Shown here: positions 16,847 through 25,151 of the stretch, in pieces | Layout of the letters: each line of letters opens with the position of its first letter | Numbering within the stretch: position 1 is the stretch's first letter | Assembly (NCBI GenBank): GCA_037141515.1 | Contig: JBAXCL010000001.1 | Location: 1-42,664, forward strand | Direction of reading: 5' to 3' | Length of the DNA: 42,664 nucleotides | Source: an archaeon | Lineage (GTDB): Archaea; Iainarchaeota; Iainarchaeia; Iainarchaeales; JAAZKV01 | The notes under the pieces: model-generated | Seen by the model: the letters and a program-made list of their open reading frames with translations, nothing else | What the model was told of the DNA's origin: nothing | Database searches by the model: none | Program-made: the position numbers and the translations under genes

Positions 16847-18033
16847 TGGAAAACATTAAACAAAAAATGTCGGAAATGAATATTGCTCTAAATACAAAGA
16901 CAGGGCAAGTATATGTAGGCGGAATAAAACCTAAAAACAGAGTTTTTAAAGATGAAAAAGGATATTATCTAGTAGAAGGATATGGAAAATTTATGGGTAA
17001 AAAGTATCCAATAAAGAAGCATTTTACACCTTCCGAAAATGAGGTTTTAGACGCTTATATGCAAGATAAATACGCTAAAGGCGGTGGAGTTTTTGACGAA
17101 AACAGACAAATGGTGCTTAACAACAACAAGCAAATTCGTCACCACACAGAAGAGTTGCCTAGAGCAGTAAAAGGAAATAAACATATACCCGCTTGGGTAG
17201 TTTCAAAGGTTGGGCGTTCTGCGTCAGACCTTTCTGACGTTACACACTTCCTAGAAGGAGAAGCGGGAACAAAATACGGTGAAGGTGGCTCATTTCCTAA
17301 CAAGTGGGCGGTAGTTAGAGAACAAGTTAAGTTTGCCGTTGTAAAAATCATTGGACTTGACAGGGCGTTTAAAATGTTAAACAAGGACTTTACTATTAGT
17401 CCTTACAGTTTGCTTGAGAAAGCAGTATATTCAGACCTTTTGTTGGTTAGCGAAATAGACAGAAATGTTTGGGATAGTGCCGTTTCGGAAGCGGAAAGTA
17501 TTGACGAAACATACAGAGATAGCGGAGAAGGTATTGGAAGTAGCGATATGACTTATTTCACTAAGACTATGCTTAATGACGGCGGTATTAATGCCGAGTT
17601 TGTTAATGATAGATTACAAAGAGTTGACGCTAAAGGAAAGGTTATACAAATTAAAAACGAATTGCCTACTAAAACTCTTTTCAAAAGAGGTGGAACTACA
17701 ATAGAAAAAGAACACGAAATTGAAACCGATATTGAGGACGAAGATATAATTGTTGTTGAGTTTGTCTATACTGTATCAAAAGAAAATGACGGTATTGGCT
17801 CATACGAATTTCACGGAAGTAGAGGTTACGATAGCGGAACAGATTATATAGTTGTAGAAGATATTGAGTGGGACAAAAGTAGTCATACCGACAGGGAAAA
17901 CGAGGTTATCCAAAAGTATTTAGACAAAAACTTCTCAAGTCTAGCAGAAGATATGTCGGAGAGTTTAGACCCTCAAGATTTCGGTAAAGGTGGAACGACA
18001 AAAAGTTGGAACTATGAAATTGGCGGACTTTAA
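16846..18033 (+). CDS. Y-x-I-G-G-L tail-tag family member D (395 aa)
   Basis: TAATG overlap with C. KYAKGGGV (17071), KYGEGGS, FKRGGTT. Ends FGKGGTTKSWNYEIGGL-stop. Confidence 0.88.
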   Translation: MENIKQKMSEMNIALNTKTGQVYVGGIKPKNRVFKDEKGYYLVEGYGKFMGKKYPIKKHFTPSENEVLDAYMQDKYAKGGGVFDENRQMVLNNNKQIRHHTEELPRAVKGNKHIPAWVVSKVGRSASDLSDVTHFLEGEAGTKYGEGGSFPNKWAVVREQVKFAVVKIIGLDRAFKMLNKDFTISPYSLLEKAVYSDLLLVSEIDRNVWDSAVSEAESIDETYRDSGEGIGSSDMTYFTKTMLNDGGINAEFVNDRLQRVDAKGKVIQIKNELPTKTLFKRGGTTIEKEHEIETDIEDEDIIVVEFVYTVSKENDGIGSYEFHGSRGYDSGTDYIVVEDIEWDKSSHTDRENEVIQKYLDKNFSSLAEDMSESLDPQDFGKGGTTKSWNYEIGGL

Positions 18034-18691
18034 ATTTTCTGAAAGGTTTGTTGATTATAAAGGTGGACAGTTTTTATATCCGCCACGAATTGAAAATAGA
18101 TTAAACCCGTTGTCGCTTGACAAATTTGATAACGGTGAACATATTGGGCAACCAAAATTAAACGGTAGCAATACTTCTGTAACAATATCCGAAAGGGGAT
18201 TTGTTGCAAAAGAAAGGCACAACAAGTTCTTTGCAGTACCGCCGAAGTTTGATTTCCTTTCATTACACAGAGGACGAGGTTTTATGTGTGTGACAGGGGA
18301 GTTTATGAATAAGAGTAAAAAAGACCACACGAAAGAGCCGTTTCGTGGTTTTTGTATTTGGGATATTGTCGCTTACAATGGTAAAATACTTATTGGAAGC
18401 ACGATTGAGGAACGTATAAAGTTGATTGATTACTTATACCCTTCTATGGGTGCAATAAGTACAAAAAGTGGGATTGAATACTTGTACAAAACAGAGGTTG
18501 AGAATATATACAAAGTGAACAATTTTTTCGGTAATTTTACCGATATTTACAAAGAGTTGGTTGCCGTAGATATGGTTGAAGGATTTGTGTTAAAAAGAAA
18601 AAACGGTAGGCTAGAAATGTTAACAAGGGAACAAAACAATACGGGTTGGGCAGTAAAAGTAAGGAAACCAACCGCAAATTATTTATTTTAA
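18014..18691 (+). CDS. minimal ATP-dependent DNA/RNA ligase-like nucleotidyltransferase
   Basis: Motif I GQPKLNGSN (K-x-[DN]-G), motif III VTGEFMNK, motif IV EGFVLKRKNG, motif V AVKVRKP, in canonical order and spacing. Only ~225 aa (no OB domain). ATG lies inside the YEIGGL codons of ORF D. Confidence 0.65.
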   Translation: MKLADFKFSERFVDYKGGQFLYPPRIENRLNPLSLDKFDNGEHIGQPKLNGSNTSVTISERGFVAKERHNKFFAVPPKFDFLSLHRGRGFMCVTGEFMNKSKKDHTKEPFRGFCIWDIVAYNGKILIGSTIEERIKLIDYLYPSMGAISTKSGIEYLYKTEVENIYKVNNFFGNFTDIYKELVAVDMVEGFVLKRKNGRLEMLTREQNNTGWAVKVRKPTANYLF

Positions 18692-18704
18692 AAAAAAATA
18701 TAGT

Positions 18705-20273
18705 ATGGCAACAAAGAAAAAAGAAAGCGAAGGCGTAGATATTTTCGGGTCAGCGAAACCAAAAGGCAAATCCTCCTCCGCTAAATCGGATAAAACGGTT
18801 GTGGAAGTAAAAGGACTAGAAAAAAAGTTACTTGAGCACCAATGGTTAAGTGGCGAACAGGCTAACTTGAAAACACAAATTGATATTGTAAAAGACGAGT
18901 TAAAACAAATTGGTCTTGAAAAATACGTTGAGTTGTATAAGGAAAACAAGTCAAACCCAAACACCTTTCTTTTACAGGACGGCGAGGGTTGTGTAATGTT
19001 TATGCCTACTGACAAGTATATTACAATAGACGAAGGCAGAGCAGAAGAATTAATTGAAAGATATGGAGAAGACGCAGTTACGGTTGACGAGAAGTTTTCT
19101 TTTGATAGCAAATATTTAGAACGCAATTTAGAAGCGATAAAAAAACTTTTAAGAGAAACGAAAACAATTAGCGACGAGGATAAAAAGAATTTACTTGTAA
19201 AAGAGGTTAAGTACTCTGTATCTAAAGGCACTATTGACAAACTATACCAATACGGAAGCAAAATGGCTTCTGTGCTTGACGATGTTCAGCCTGTAATTGC
19301 TTTAAAAAACTGTGGCGGTAAAATGGAGAAAGGTGGAAATATGGACGATTTAATCGGATATGTTTACGAGGGCGAAGACGCTGACGAGAAAATAATCAAA
19401 AAGGTTGATTTGTACGCTAAAGGCTCTACTGTTCCACGTTTTAGCGGATACTCAAAATATCGAGTTGAAGGCGGAGATATGGACTTGTCTTTGAGAGATA
19501 AAATGTCTATGTATGCTTGGATTGATAACTTTTTAGAAAAATATAGCGGTGACGACAACCGTTCGCAGTCACTTGATATGTATAAAGAGTTTGCTAAAAA
19601 ATTCAAAAAAAATGAAGAGCAAACGCACGATATTATTGATAGCGGTTGGGCAAGGTCAAGAGGTTATGATAAGCGTGAAAATGGCGGTGGAGTTGGAGAA
19701 TTAAAAGTAGGCGACAAAGTTGAATTGAGAATGGGTGGAGATAGTAAGAGAGGTGTTGTAGTTTCTCCGCCAAGTAACGGCAAGGTTTCCGTAGAAATTG
19801 AATATACTGACGTATTAAGTAAGCGTTTAACTAAAATGAAAACGGCGTTTCCTGTTTCAAGTATTCACAAACTATCCACAATGGCAAAAGGGGGAGGGGT
19901 TAAACGCAAAACGGCAGAAGAAATATACGAGGAAGAGCAACAAAACGCTATGTTCAATAGCGAATACGGAAACGGCGGAAATATAGGTGATTTTTCAGAA
20001 AACGAAATATTATCAATACAACAAAAAGTTGAAAAAAGCGGTCAAAAAGTAGTAATTAGCAAAGAAGAGATTTACGAAGACGGTGAAATTTCTTATGGAA
20101 TTGATTTTGAAGAAGACGCTATGTGGTATGGTGACGATAAAGAATTAAGGGATAGTGATTATGATAAATTGTCACAATTATTGACTTTTAATTCTAGTAA
20201 ATATAGTTATGGTAAGTACGCCAAAGGCGGAAATATGTCAAGCGGATACGATTATTCAATAGGGGGATTATAA
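18705..20273 (+). CDS. Y-x-I-G-G-L tail-tag family member E (522 aa)
   Basis: MEKGGNM, LYAKGSTV (19413), ENGGGVGELKVGDKVELR (KOW-like), TMAKGGGV, YGNGGNI. Ends KYAKGGNMSSGYDYSIGGL-stop. 192-aa antisense ORF rejected. Confidence 0.88.
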   Translation: MATKKKESEGVDIFGSAKPKGKSSSAKSDKTVVEVKGLEKKLLEHQWLSGEQANLKTQIDIVKDELKQIGLEKYVELYKENKSNPNTFLLQDGEGCVMFMPTDKYITIDEGRAEELIERYGEDAVTVDEKFSFDSKYLERNLEAIKKLLRETKTISDEDKKNLLVKEVKYSVSKGTIDKLYQYGSKMASVLDDVQPVIALKNCGGKMEKGGNMDDLIGYVYEGEDADEKIIKKVDLYAKGSTVPRFSGYSKYRVEGGDMDLSLRDKMSMYAWIDNFLEKYSGDDNRSQSLDMYKEFAKKFKKNEEQTHDIIDSGWARSRGYDKRENGGGVGELKVGDKVELRMGGDSKRGVVVSPPSNGKVSVEIEYTDVLSKRLTKMKTAFPVSSIHKLSTMAKGGGVKRKTAEEIYEEEQQNAMFNSEYGNGGNIGDFSENEILSIQQKVEKSGQKVVISKEEIYEDGEISYGIDFEEDAMWYGDDKELRDSDYDKLSQLLTFNSSKYSYGKYAKGGNMSSGYDYSIGGL

Positions 20274-20296
20274 ACTAATAAATAAAACAATAAAAA

Positions 20297-21226
20297 ATGT
20301 CAACATTTCAAATAAAAGAATTATACGGGTCATTCACCCTAGCACCAATAGAGCCGACAGAGGTTTTGTTGACAGTACCAACTCCGAGTGCTTTGCAATC
20401 TAATAACGTAAACAATGTTTATATAAATTGTGATACAACGAACGGTAATCTTATCCTTGTTTTGCCAAAAATATCTAGCCTAGCGGGACTTAATACCAAA
20501 ATTTTTATTACCACTCCTTCAACGGGTGAGTTTGGTTTAGGCACAACTGCTTTAAAAAATCAGATTTATGTAGTCGGATATTATGATATGCTTAATCCTA
20601 TTTATGATAGCATTAACGGTCAATATGTTGTTACGATAGGAACACCAAATAGTGTAACTGAAATATCAATAGGCTCAAACAACAAATGGGTTGCTACGGT
20701 TGTTCCCGAAACGGTTAACACGCCTGTATATGATATTTACCCATATATAATTACTCCGAATTTAATAAAAACTCAAAACGAACTTTCGTCTTTTACGGGA
20801 TTTGGATTTTACGGTCTTGGTTTTACGGGGTATAAAATGTCGGGAACAATAGAGTTAAGTAACGATACGGATTACTCTATTTACGTTGGCTCTATCGAAA
20901 CGGAGAATTTTAATTACGGAGATTTTTTGCCTAGTAAAATTAGCGGTGTTGTTACTGCTTATGACGGAGTTAGTTATATTCAAAACGCACTTGGATATAC
21001 TATTGAATTAGTTGACAGTACTTCAACTTTAGTGCAGACGGCTTTTGAAGTAATCGCTGACCCTTATTCGTATGTTAACGGTGACGGAATTACAATTTCG
21101 GGACTTGATATTATTATAAATGTTTTTCCTCTAGGTTTATCTACGGGGAATATAACAGGCGTAATAAGTTACGAATACGATTTCTTAATGCCGTTAGGCT
21201 CAACACCAACATTTATTTTATACTAA
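20297..21226 (+). CDS. fibre/spike-like protein with N-terminal 'CDT' adaptor domain
   Basis: 309 aa. NVYINCDTTNGNLILVLPKISSLAGLNTKIFI. Remainder Ser/Thr/Gly/Tyr-rich, beta-looking. Confidence 0.8.
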   Translation: MSTFQIKELYGSFTLAPIEPTEVLLTVPTPSALQSNNVNNVYINCDTTNGNLILVLPKISSLAGLNTKIFITTPSTGEFGLGTTALKNQIYVVGYYDMLNPIYDSINGQYVVTIGTPNSVTEISIGSNNKWVATVVPETVNTPVYDIYPYIITPNLIKTQNELSSFTGFGFYGLGFTGYKMSGTIELSNDTDYSIYVGSIETENFNYGDFLPSKISGVVTAYDGVSYIQNALGYTIELVDSTSTLVQTAFEVIADPYSYVNGDGITISGLDIIINVFPLGLSTGNITGVISYEYDFLMPLGSTPTFILY

Positions 21227-21237
21227 AAACAAACAAA

Positions 21238-21435
21238 ATGGACAAAATATTTCAATTCAGAAAAGCAACATTAAAAGACACTAAAAACACAGAGGTAATG
21301 TCTTTTGACCAATCTACAAAAGTAATGTCTGCGGAAGCGGGTGAGCCTTCTTTGGCTGACGAAATTAAAGCAAAAAGACGTGCCGAGATTGAAGAAAAAA
21401 TAGAAAAAAATCGTAACAAATGTAAAAAAATCTAA
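21238..21435 (+). CDS. 65-aa charged helical small protein
   Basis: Track ORF. Leader aaacaaaATGG. KAKRRAEIEEKIEKNRNK. Confidence 0.55.
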   Translation: MDKIFQFRKATLKDTKNTEVMSFDQSTKVMSAEAGEPSLADEIKAKRRAEIEEKIEKNRNKCKKI

Positions 21436-21446
21436 ATAAAAAAACA

Positions 21447-22163
21447 ATGAAACTTACAAAAAACATTCTAGCGGGTATCGGTATCGGAGTTGTAGCGTAC
21501 CTTGTTGCAAAAAAAATGGGCAACAAAAAAACTGTAAAAATTAATGTTGACCCAAAGTCTAGTGCTGACGGTGAATTAGCAAATGGAATTACCTATGACA
21601 ATTTAGGTAACGAAGGCTTGGAAGATATTTACGGGTTAAATGAAGACAACTATTACGGAGAAATGGAAGGCGACTTTTATAGTGCTGACGGAGATTTCGT
21701 TAGTGAACAAGGCGATTTTTATGACGCTGACGGCGACTTTATGAACGCTAGTGGTACTTGTTACCATAGTGCTGACGGTGTTGCTATGAACGACGGAGAG
21801 TTTTCGGATTTAAACTTTGACGAAGGCGATACAATGTCTTTCGCTACGGGAAATACCGTTGTGGATATGAAGACTAAACAAACGCCTATAAGAGTAGCAC
21901 CTAGAGGTGCAAAGGCTCAAGCGGTAAAAGGTACACGTCCACGTCCAAAAAAGGCACGTCCAAACCCAAGAAAAAAGTTTCCTAAAGGTAAGAACGTAGG
22001 TGTTCAAAGAGCATTAGAGATTTGGAAACGCAGACTTCAAGCATTATTAAAGACTAAGGCAATCGCTATGGGAAGAATTAGACCTATTGACCGTAAAATT
22101 GCACAGGCAAGACAAAAGGTTTCTATGTTACAAAGCAGACTTAACGCACCTCAAAACCGATAG
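21447..22163 (+). CDS. N-terminally anchored protein: dense [FY]-x-A-D-G-D acidic repeats followed by strongly basic C-terminal region
   Basis: Anchor ILAGIGIGVVAYLVA. DFYSADGDFVSEQGDFYDADGDFMNASGTCYHSADG, then RPRPKKARPNPRKKFPKGK and a helical KRRLQALLK...RQKVSMLQSRL. Confidence 0.75.
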   Translation: MKLTKNILAGIGIGVVAYLVAKKMGNKKTVKINVDPKSSADGELANGITYDNLGNEGLEDIYGLNEDNYYGEMEGDFYSADGDFVSEQGDFYDADGDFMNASGTCYHSADGVAMNDGEFSDLNFDEGDTMSFATGNTVVDMKTKQTPIRVAPRGAKAQAVKGTRPRPKKARPNPRKKFPKGKNVGVQRALEIWKRRLQALLKTKAIAMGRIRPIDRKIAQARQKVSMLQSRLNAPQNR

Positions 22164-22166
22164 AAA

Positions 22167-22325
22167 ATGAAACTAGAGGAAATGACAGATAGTCAAAAGT
22201 TAGACGATATAGGTAAGCGTATTAGGAGAATAGAGATAAACTCCCACATACACTTGGCTATTATTGTTCTCGGTTTTGTTGGTTTGGCTTCTTTAAAAGA
22301 AGTTATAAAAAAAGCAAAAGGATAA
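22167..22325 (+). CDS. 52-aa tail-anchored mini-protein
   Basis: Below track cutoff. MKLEEMTDSQKLDDIGKRIRRIEINSHIHLAIIVLGFVGLASLKEVIKKAKG. Confidence 0.45.
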   Translation: MKLEEMTDSQKLDDIGKRIRRIEINSHIHLAIIVLGFVGLASLKEVIKKAKG

Positions 22326-22398
22326 TGAAAACATTAATAGGTGTTGCCGTTGGAATAGCACAAGGAACAGGCTATTTAGATTAATATAAAAGAAGCAA

Positions 22399-22902
22399 AT
22401 GAAAATAAAAGGAAAATACATTATTGCGGGTGCTTTAGGCGTTATCAGTATTGCTTTGGCAATTGGCTATTTGCAATACAAAAAACTTATGAACTACACG
22501 CTAAGTTTTAAGGGAATTAAACTGAAAAAAGCGTCGGCGACAGAGTTAAATTTTGATTTGTTTTTAAATTTTGTTAACAAATCCAACTTGAAATTTGACA
22601 TTGTTGAGCAAGATTACAGTATCTACATTAACGACGTTTTTTTAACGAAAGCAGTTAATTATTCAACGAACACGGTATTGCCTACTTCGGCTTCCATAAT
22701 GGGCGTTAACATAAATTTCAATCCCACACAGGCTTACAAGAACTTAAAAGGTGGGTTTGCTAGTATGCTTTTAAGTCCGCAAATGTTGAAACTAAAAATT
22801 GATATGAAATTAAAGGTAAAACTTTATGGTATTAAAATATCAATTCCGTTTGTTTACGAAACTACACTCAAGGAAATATTGACACCCGCACCGACGACGT
22901 AG
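22399..22902 (+). CDS. N-terminally anchored beta-sandwich-like protein (LEA_2/NDR1-like pattern, weak)
   Basis: Anchor YIIAGALGVISIALAIGYL. The alternating pattern NFDLFLNFVNKSN...YSIYINDVFL...LKIDMKLKVKLYG recalls LEA_2/WHy domains. This is from memory and not verified. Confidence 0.65.
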   Translation: MKIKGKYIIAGALGVISIALAIGYLQYKKLMNYTLSFKGIKLKKASATELNFDLFLNFVNKSNLKFDIVEQDYSIYINDVFLTKAVNYSTNTVLPTSASIMGVNINFNPTQAYKNLKGGFASMLLSPQMLKLKIDMKLKVKLYGIKISIPFVYETTLKEILTPAPTT

Positions 22903-22903
22903 T

Positions 22904-22934
22904 TTTGATATTAATACAAAATTAAGTAGTTTTG
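22904..22934 (+). promoter_or_regulatory. Bacteroidetes-type sigma-A promoter (-33 TTTG / -7 TAGTTTTG, 19-nt spacer)
   Basis: TTTG at 22904-22907, 19-nt spacer, TAGTTTTG (TAnnTTTG) at 22927-22934, 27 nt upstream of the ATG at 22961. Confidence 0.5.
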
Positions 22935-22960
22935 TGCCATAACCTTTAAAAAAAATAAGT

Positions 22961-23212
22961 ATGTTCGGAAAAATGTTAGGCGGTTTCTTTGATAAAGAAG
23001 CCATTGTAAGAGAAACGATACAAGGCACGTTAGTAAATGTATCGGAAGAGTTAGGGTGCGACCACAATGAATTGTTCATTATGATTAAGCCTTTTAACGC
23101 AGAATTTGATTTTAAATGCTACATATACAAAGTAGCGAAAGGGTCTAGTCCCGCATTAGTGAGAGAGATTTCATTAAAGGAAATACTAGGTGACGAAGAA
23201 GATAAAACTTAA
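22961..23212 (+). CDS. 83-aa hypothetical protein
   Basis: Track ORF downstream of the predicted promoter. No motif recognised. Confidence 0.6.
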   Translation: MFGKMLGGFFDKEAIVRETIQGTLVNVSEELGCDHNELFIMIKPFNAEFDFKCYIYKVAKGSSPALVREISLKEILGDEEDKT

Positions 23213-23222
23213 TTTTAAATAA

Positions 23223-24707
23223 ATGCTATTAAAGGTATCGGGTACATATAACGTATTAGCCAATTTAGGCTTCACTCAACTCCAACAAAATGAGTTGTAT
23301 TTTGAGTGCGATACTTCGGTAGCACCCGTAACAATTATAATCCCTCAAATTTCTGACTTTGGCGGGTACTTAAATACAAAAATTTATGTATCCGACTTGT
23401 CTAATAACGCCTTTAATAATAATATCACAATAATACCTTCGGGTGGCGATACTATTAATCAAGGTGGCGGGGTTGTTATTGACATAAACAATGGCACGTT
23501 TGCTTTTTGGATTGCTAGTACAAGTCAATGGATAGGATTAGATAGTCATACCTATACTTCTACCGCTTACTACACTATTGAGGACGAGGGAACTCCCGTA
23601 GTACAAAGAACAACAATGAACTTTGTAGGTGACGGCGTTTCCGTTTCTGACGTTAGTGGAAAAACGCAGATTGACATTCCTATTCAACCCGCATACGCTA
23701 CAATTCAAGAAGAGGGCGTTTCAGTTACCCAAAGAACTACAATGAATTTTGTTGGTGACGGCGTTACAGTTTCCGACAATGGCGGTAAAACGCAAGTTAA
23801 TGTTCCTATTCAACAAGCATATACAACAGTTCAAGACGAAGGCACGTCTGTTACGCAACGAAGCACACTAAATTTCGTTGGTGACGGTGTTACTGTTTCC
23901 GACGTTGGTGGTAAAACGGAGGTTAATATGCAATCGTATTACACTACCGTTCAAGAGGGGGGTGTTTCGGTTACTCAAAGAAGCACAACTAATTTCGTTG
24001 GCGACGGCGTTACTGTTTCTGACGTTGGCGGTAAAACGCAAGTTAATGTCCCTATTCAACCCGCATACGCTACAATTCAAGACGAAGGTGTGGCTTTGCC
24101 ACAAAGACAAATCATAGATTTTCAAGGATTAGGTGTTCAAGCACAAGACGTTGGCGGAAAAACGGTTGTTACTGTTTTATCGGGACTTCCCGCTACTGTT
24201 TATGGATTATATTCACAAACCGCAAACAGTTTTCCTGTCACGGCGACAATAGTGGAGGGAACTCTAATAGGTGCGGGTGTAGGAACATTATCAGTACCCG
24301 CAAATGGCTTTTTTGTTGGTGGAAGTTTTAACGCTAAATTGAATGGTCATATTTCTTGCGTTGGAAGTGCTACCATACAAGTAAAAATTAAGGCAAATTC
24401 AGTAGTTTTGGGCGATACGGGTATTATCGCACTTGATACAACAACTAATAAACATTGGCAACTTGACTTAAATTTTACAATTAGAAGTATTGGTGGTGTT
24501 GGTGTAGGGTCAATAGTATCATCGGGATTTTTTGGTTATATTAAAAATGCGGGAACTAATTTTGAAGGTGCAAATTTTATTACAATAAATAATACCACAT
24601 TTGATACTACTATATTAAACACACTAGTTGTAACGGCTCAATGGAATACAACCAATGCGGGGAACTCAATTTATTCTGATATTTTCGTATTAAATAAAAT
24701 ATATTAA
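23223..24707 (+). CDS. fibre/receptor-binding-like protein: 'CDT' adaptor domain + five 40-42-aa tandem repeats + C-terminal beta-rich domain
   Basis: 494 aa. LYFECDTSVAPVTIIIPQISDFGGYLNTKIYV. Repeats Y-x-T-[IV]-[QE]-[DE]-[EG]-G-x-x-[VL]-x-Q-R-[ST]-T-x-N-F-V-G-D-G-V-[ST]-V-S-D-x-[SG]-G-K-T-[QE]-[IV]. Confidence 0.88.
   Translation: MLLKVSGTYNVLANLGFTQLQQNELYFECDTSVAPVTIIIPQISDFGGYLNTKIYVSDLSNNAFNNNITIIPSGGDTINQGGGVVIDINNGTFAFWIASTSQWIGLDSHTYTSTAYYTIEDEGTPVVQRTTMNFVGDGVSVSDVSGKTQIDIPIQPAYATIQEEGVSVTQRTTMNFVGDGVTVSDNGGKTQVNVPIQQAYTTVQDEGTSVTQRSTLNFVGDGVTVSDVGGKTEVNMQSYYTTVQEGGVSVTQRSTTNFVGDGVTVSDVGGKTQVNVPIQPAYATIQDEGVALPQRQIIDFQGLGVQAQDVGGKTVVTVLSGLPATVYGLYSQTANSFPVTATIVEGTLIGAGVGTLSVPANGFFVGGSFNAKLNGHISCVGSATIQVKIKANSVVLGDTGIIALDTTTNKHWQLDLNFTIRSIGGVGVGSIVSSGFFGYIKNAGTNFEGANFITINNTTFDTTILNTLVVTAQWNTTNAGNSIYSDIFVLNKIY
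23565..24176 (+). repeat. five tandem ~126-nt (42, 42, 40, 42 aa period) coding repeats
   Basis: Units start near aa 116, 158, 200, 239/240, 282 of ORF 23223. The last unit is the most diverged (IIDFQGLGVQAQD). Confidence 0.9.
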
Positions 24708-24742
24708 ACAAAAACAAAAACAAAAAACAAACAGAAAAAGTT

Positions 24743-25087
24743 ATGGCAACTTCAACAATAGATAGTGCAGTACTAGAAAGGCACTTAAAAAGAACAACAC
24801 TTGTGAGTAACGTCGTAAGTGTTATTATCGCACTAGCAGTTTCTTTATCTGCGGGGTACGGGTTTTATTACAAAACGACAAACACATTACAAATTCACAC
24901 AACTCAAATTGAAGAGGTGAAAACAAATGTAGAAACATTGACCGATAAGGTTAATAATTCGGCAATTTTTCAAGGTGCGAGTGCAGAGCAAATGAAATCT
25001 TTAGAAACGCAAGTTACTGACGTTAAAAGTTCTCAAGTTCGTATTGAAGAGAAGTTAGACCGACTTATTATGAAAAGTGCAAAGTAG
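24743..25087 (+). CDS. membrane-anchored coiled-coil protein
   Basis: 114 aa. LVSNVVSVIIALAVSLSAGYGFYY helix, then heptad-like TQIEEVKTNVETLTDKV...VTDVKSSQVRIEEKLDRL. Followed by a strong terminator. Confidence 0.7.
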   Translation: MATSTIDSAVLERHLKRTTLVSNVVSVIIALAVSLSAGYGFYYKTTNTLQIHTTQIEEVKTNVETLTDKVNNSAIFQGASAEQMKSLETQVTDVKSSQVRIEEKLDRLIMKSAK

Positions 25088-25112
25088 GAAATTATTTTTG
25101 CCTGTGGTAATT

Positions 25113-25140
25113 AAAGGCGGTAGTACGCCTTTTTTATTTT
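25113..25140 (+). terminator. rho-independent terminator
   Basis: AAAGGCG-gtagta-CGCCTTT stem-loop followed by TTTTATTTT, 26 nt after the stop at 25087. Confidence 0.75.
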
Positions 25141-25151
25141 AAACAAAAAAG

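Noticed and set aside
18683-19261. 192-aa minus-strand ORF antisense to tagged ORF E
   Set aside because: It is Ser/Phe/Leu-rich shadow of a Lys/Glu-rich gene. It would break the uninterrupted plus-strand operon. It has no A-rich leader.
22325-22384. 19-codon ORF (MKTLIGVAVGIAQGTGYLD) and the 30-codon ORF at 30577..30669
   Set aside because: Both are too short. The second has a non-A-rich leader (tattttATG). Neither has paralogue support. They are left unannotated.
23868-24125. ORFs 23868..24125(-) and 23878..24117(+) inside the fibre gene
   Set aside because: They are open only because the 126-nt tandem repeats lack stops in other frames. Their translations repeat with the same period.
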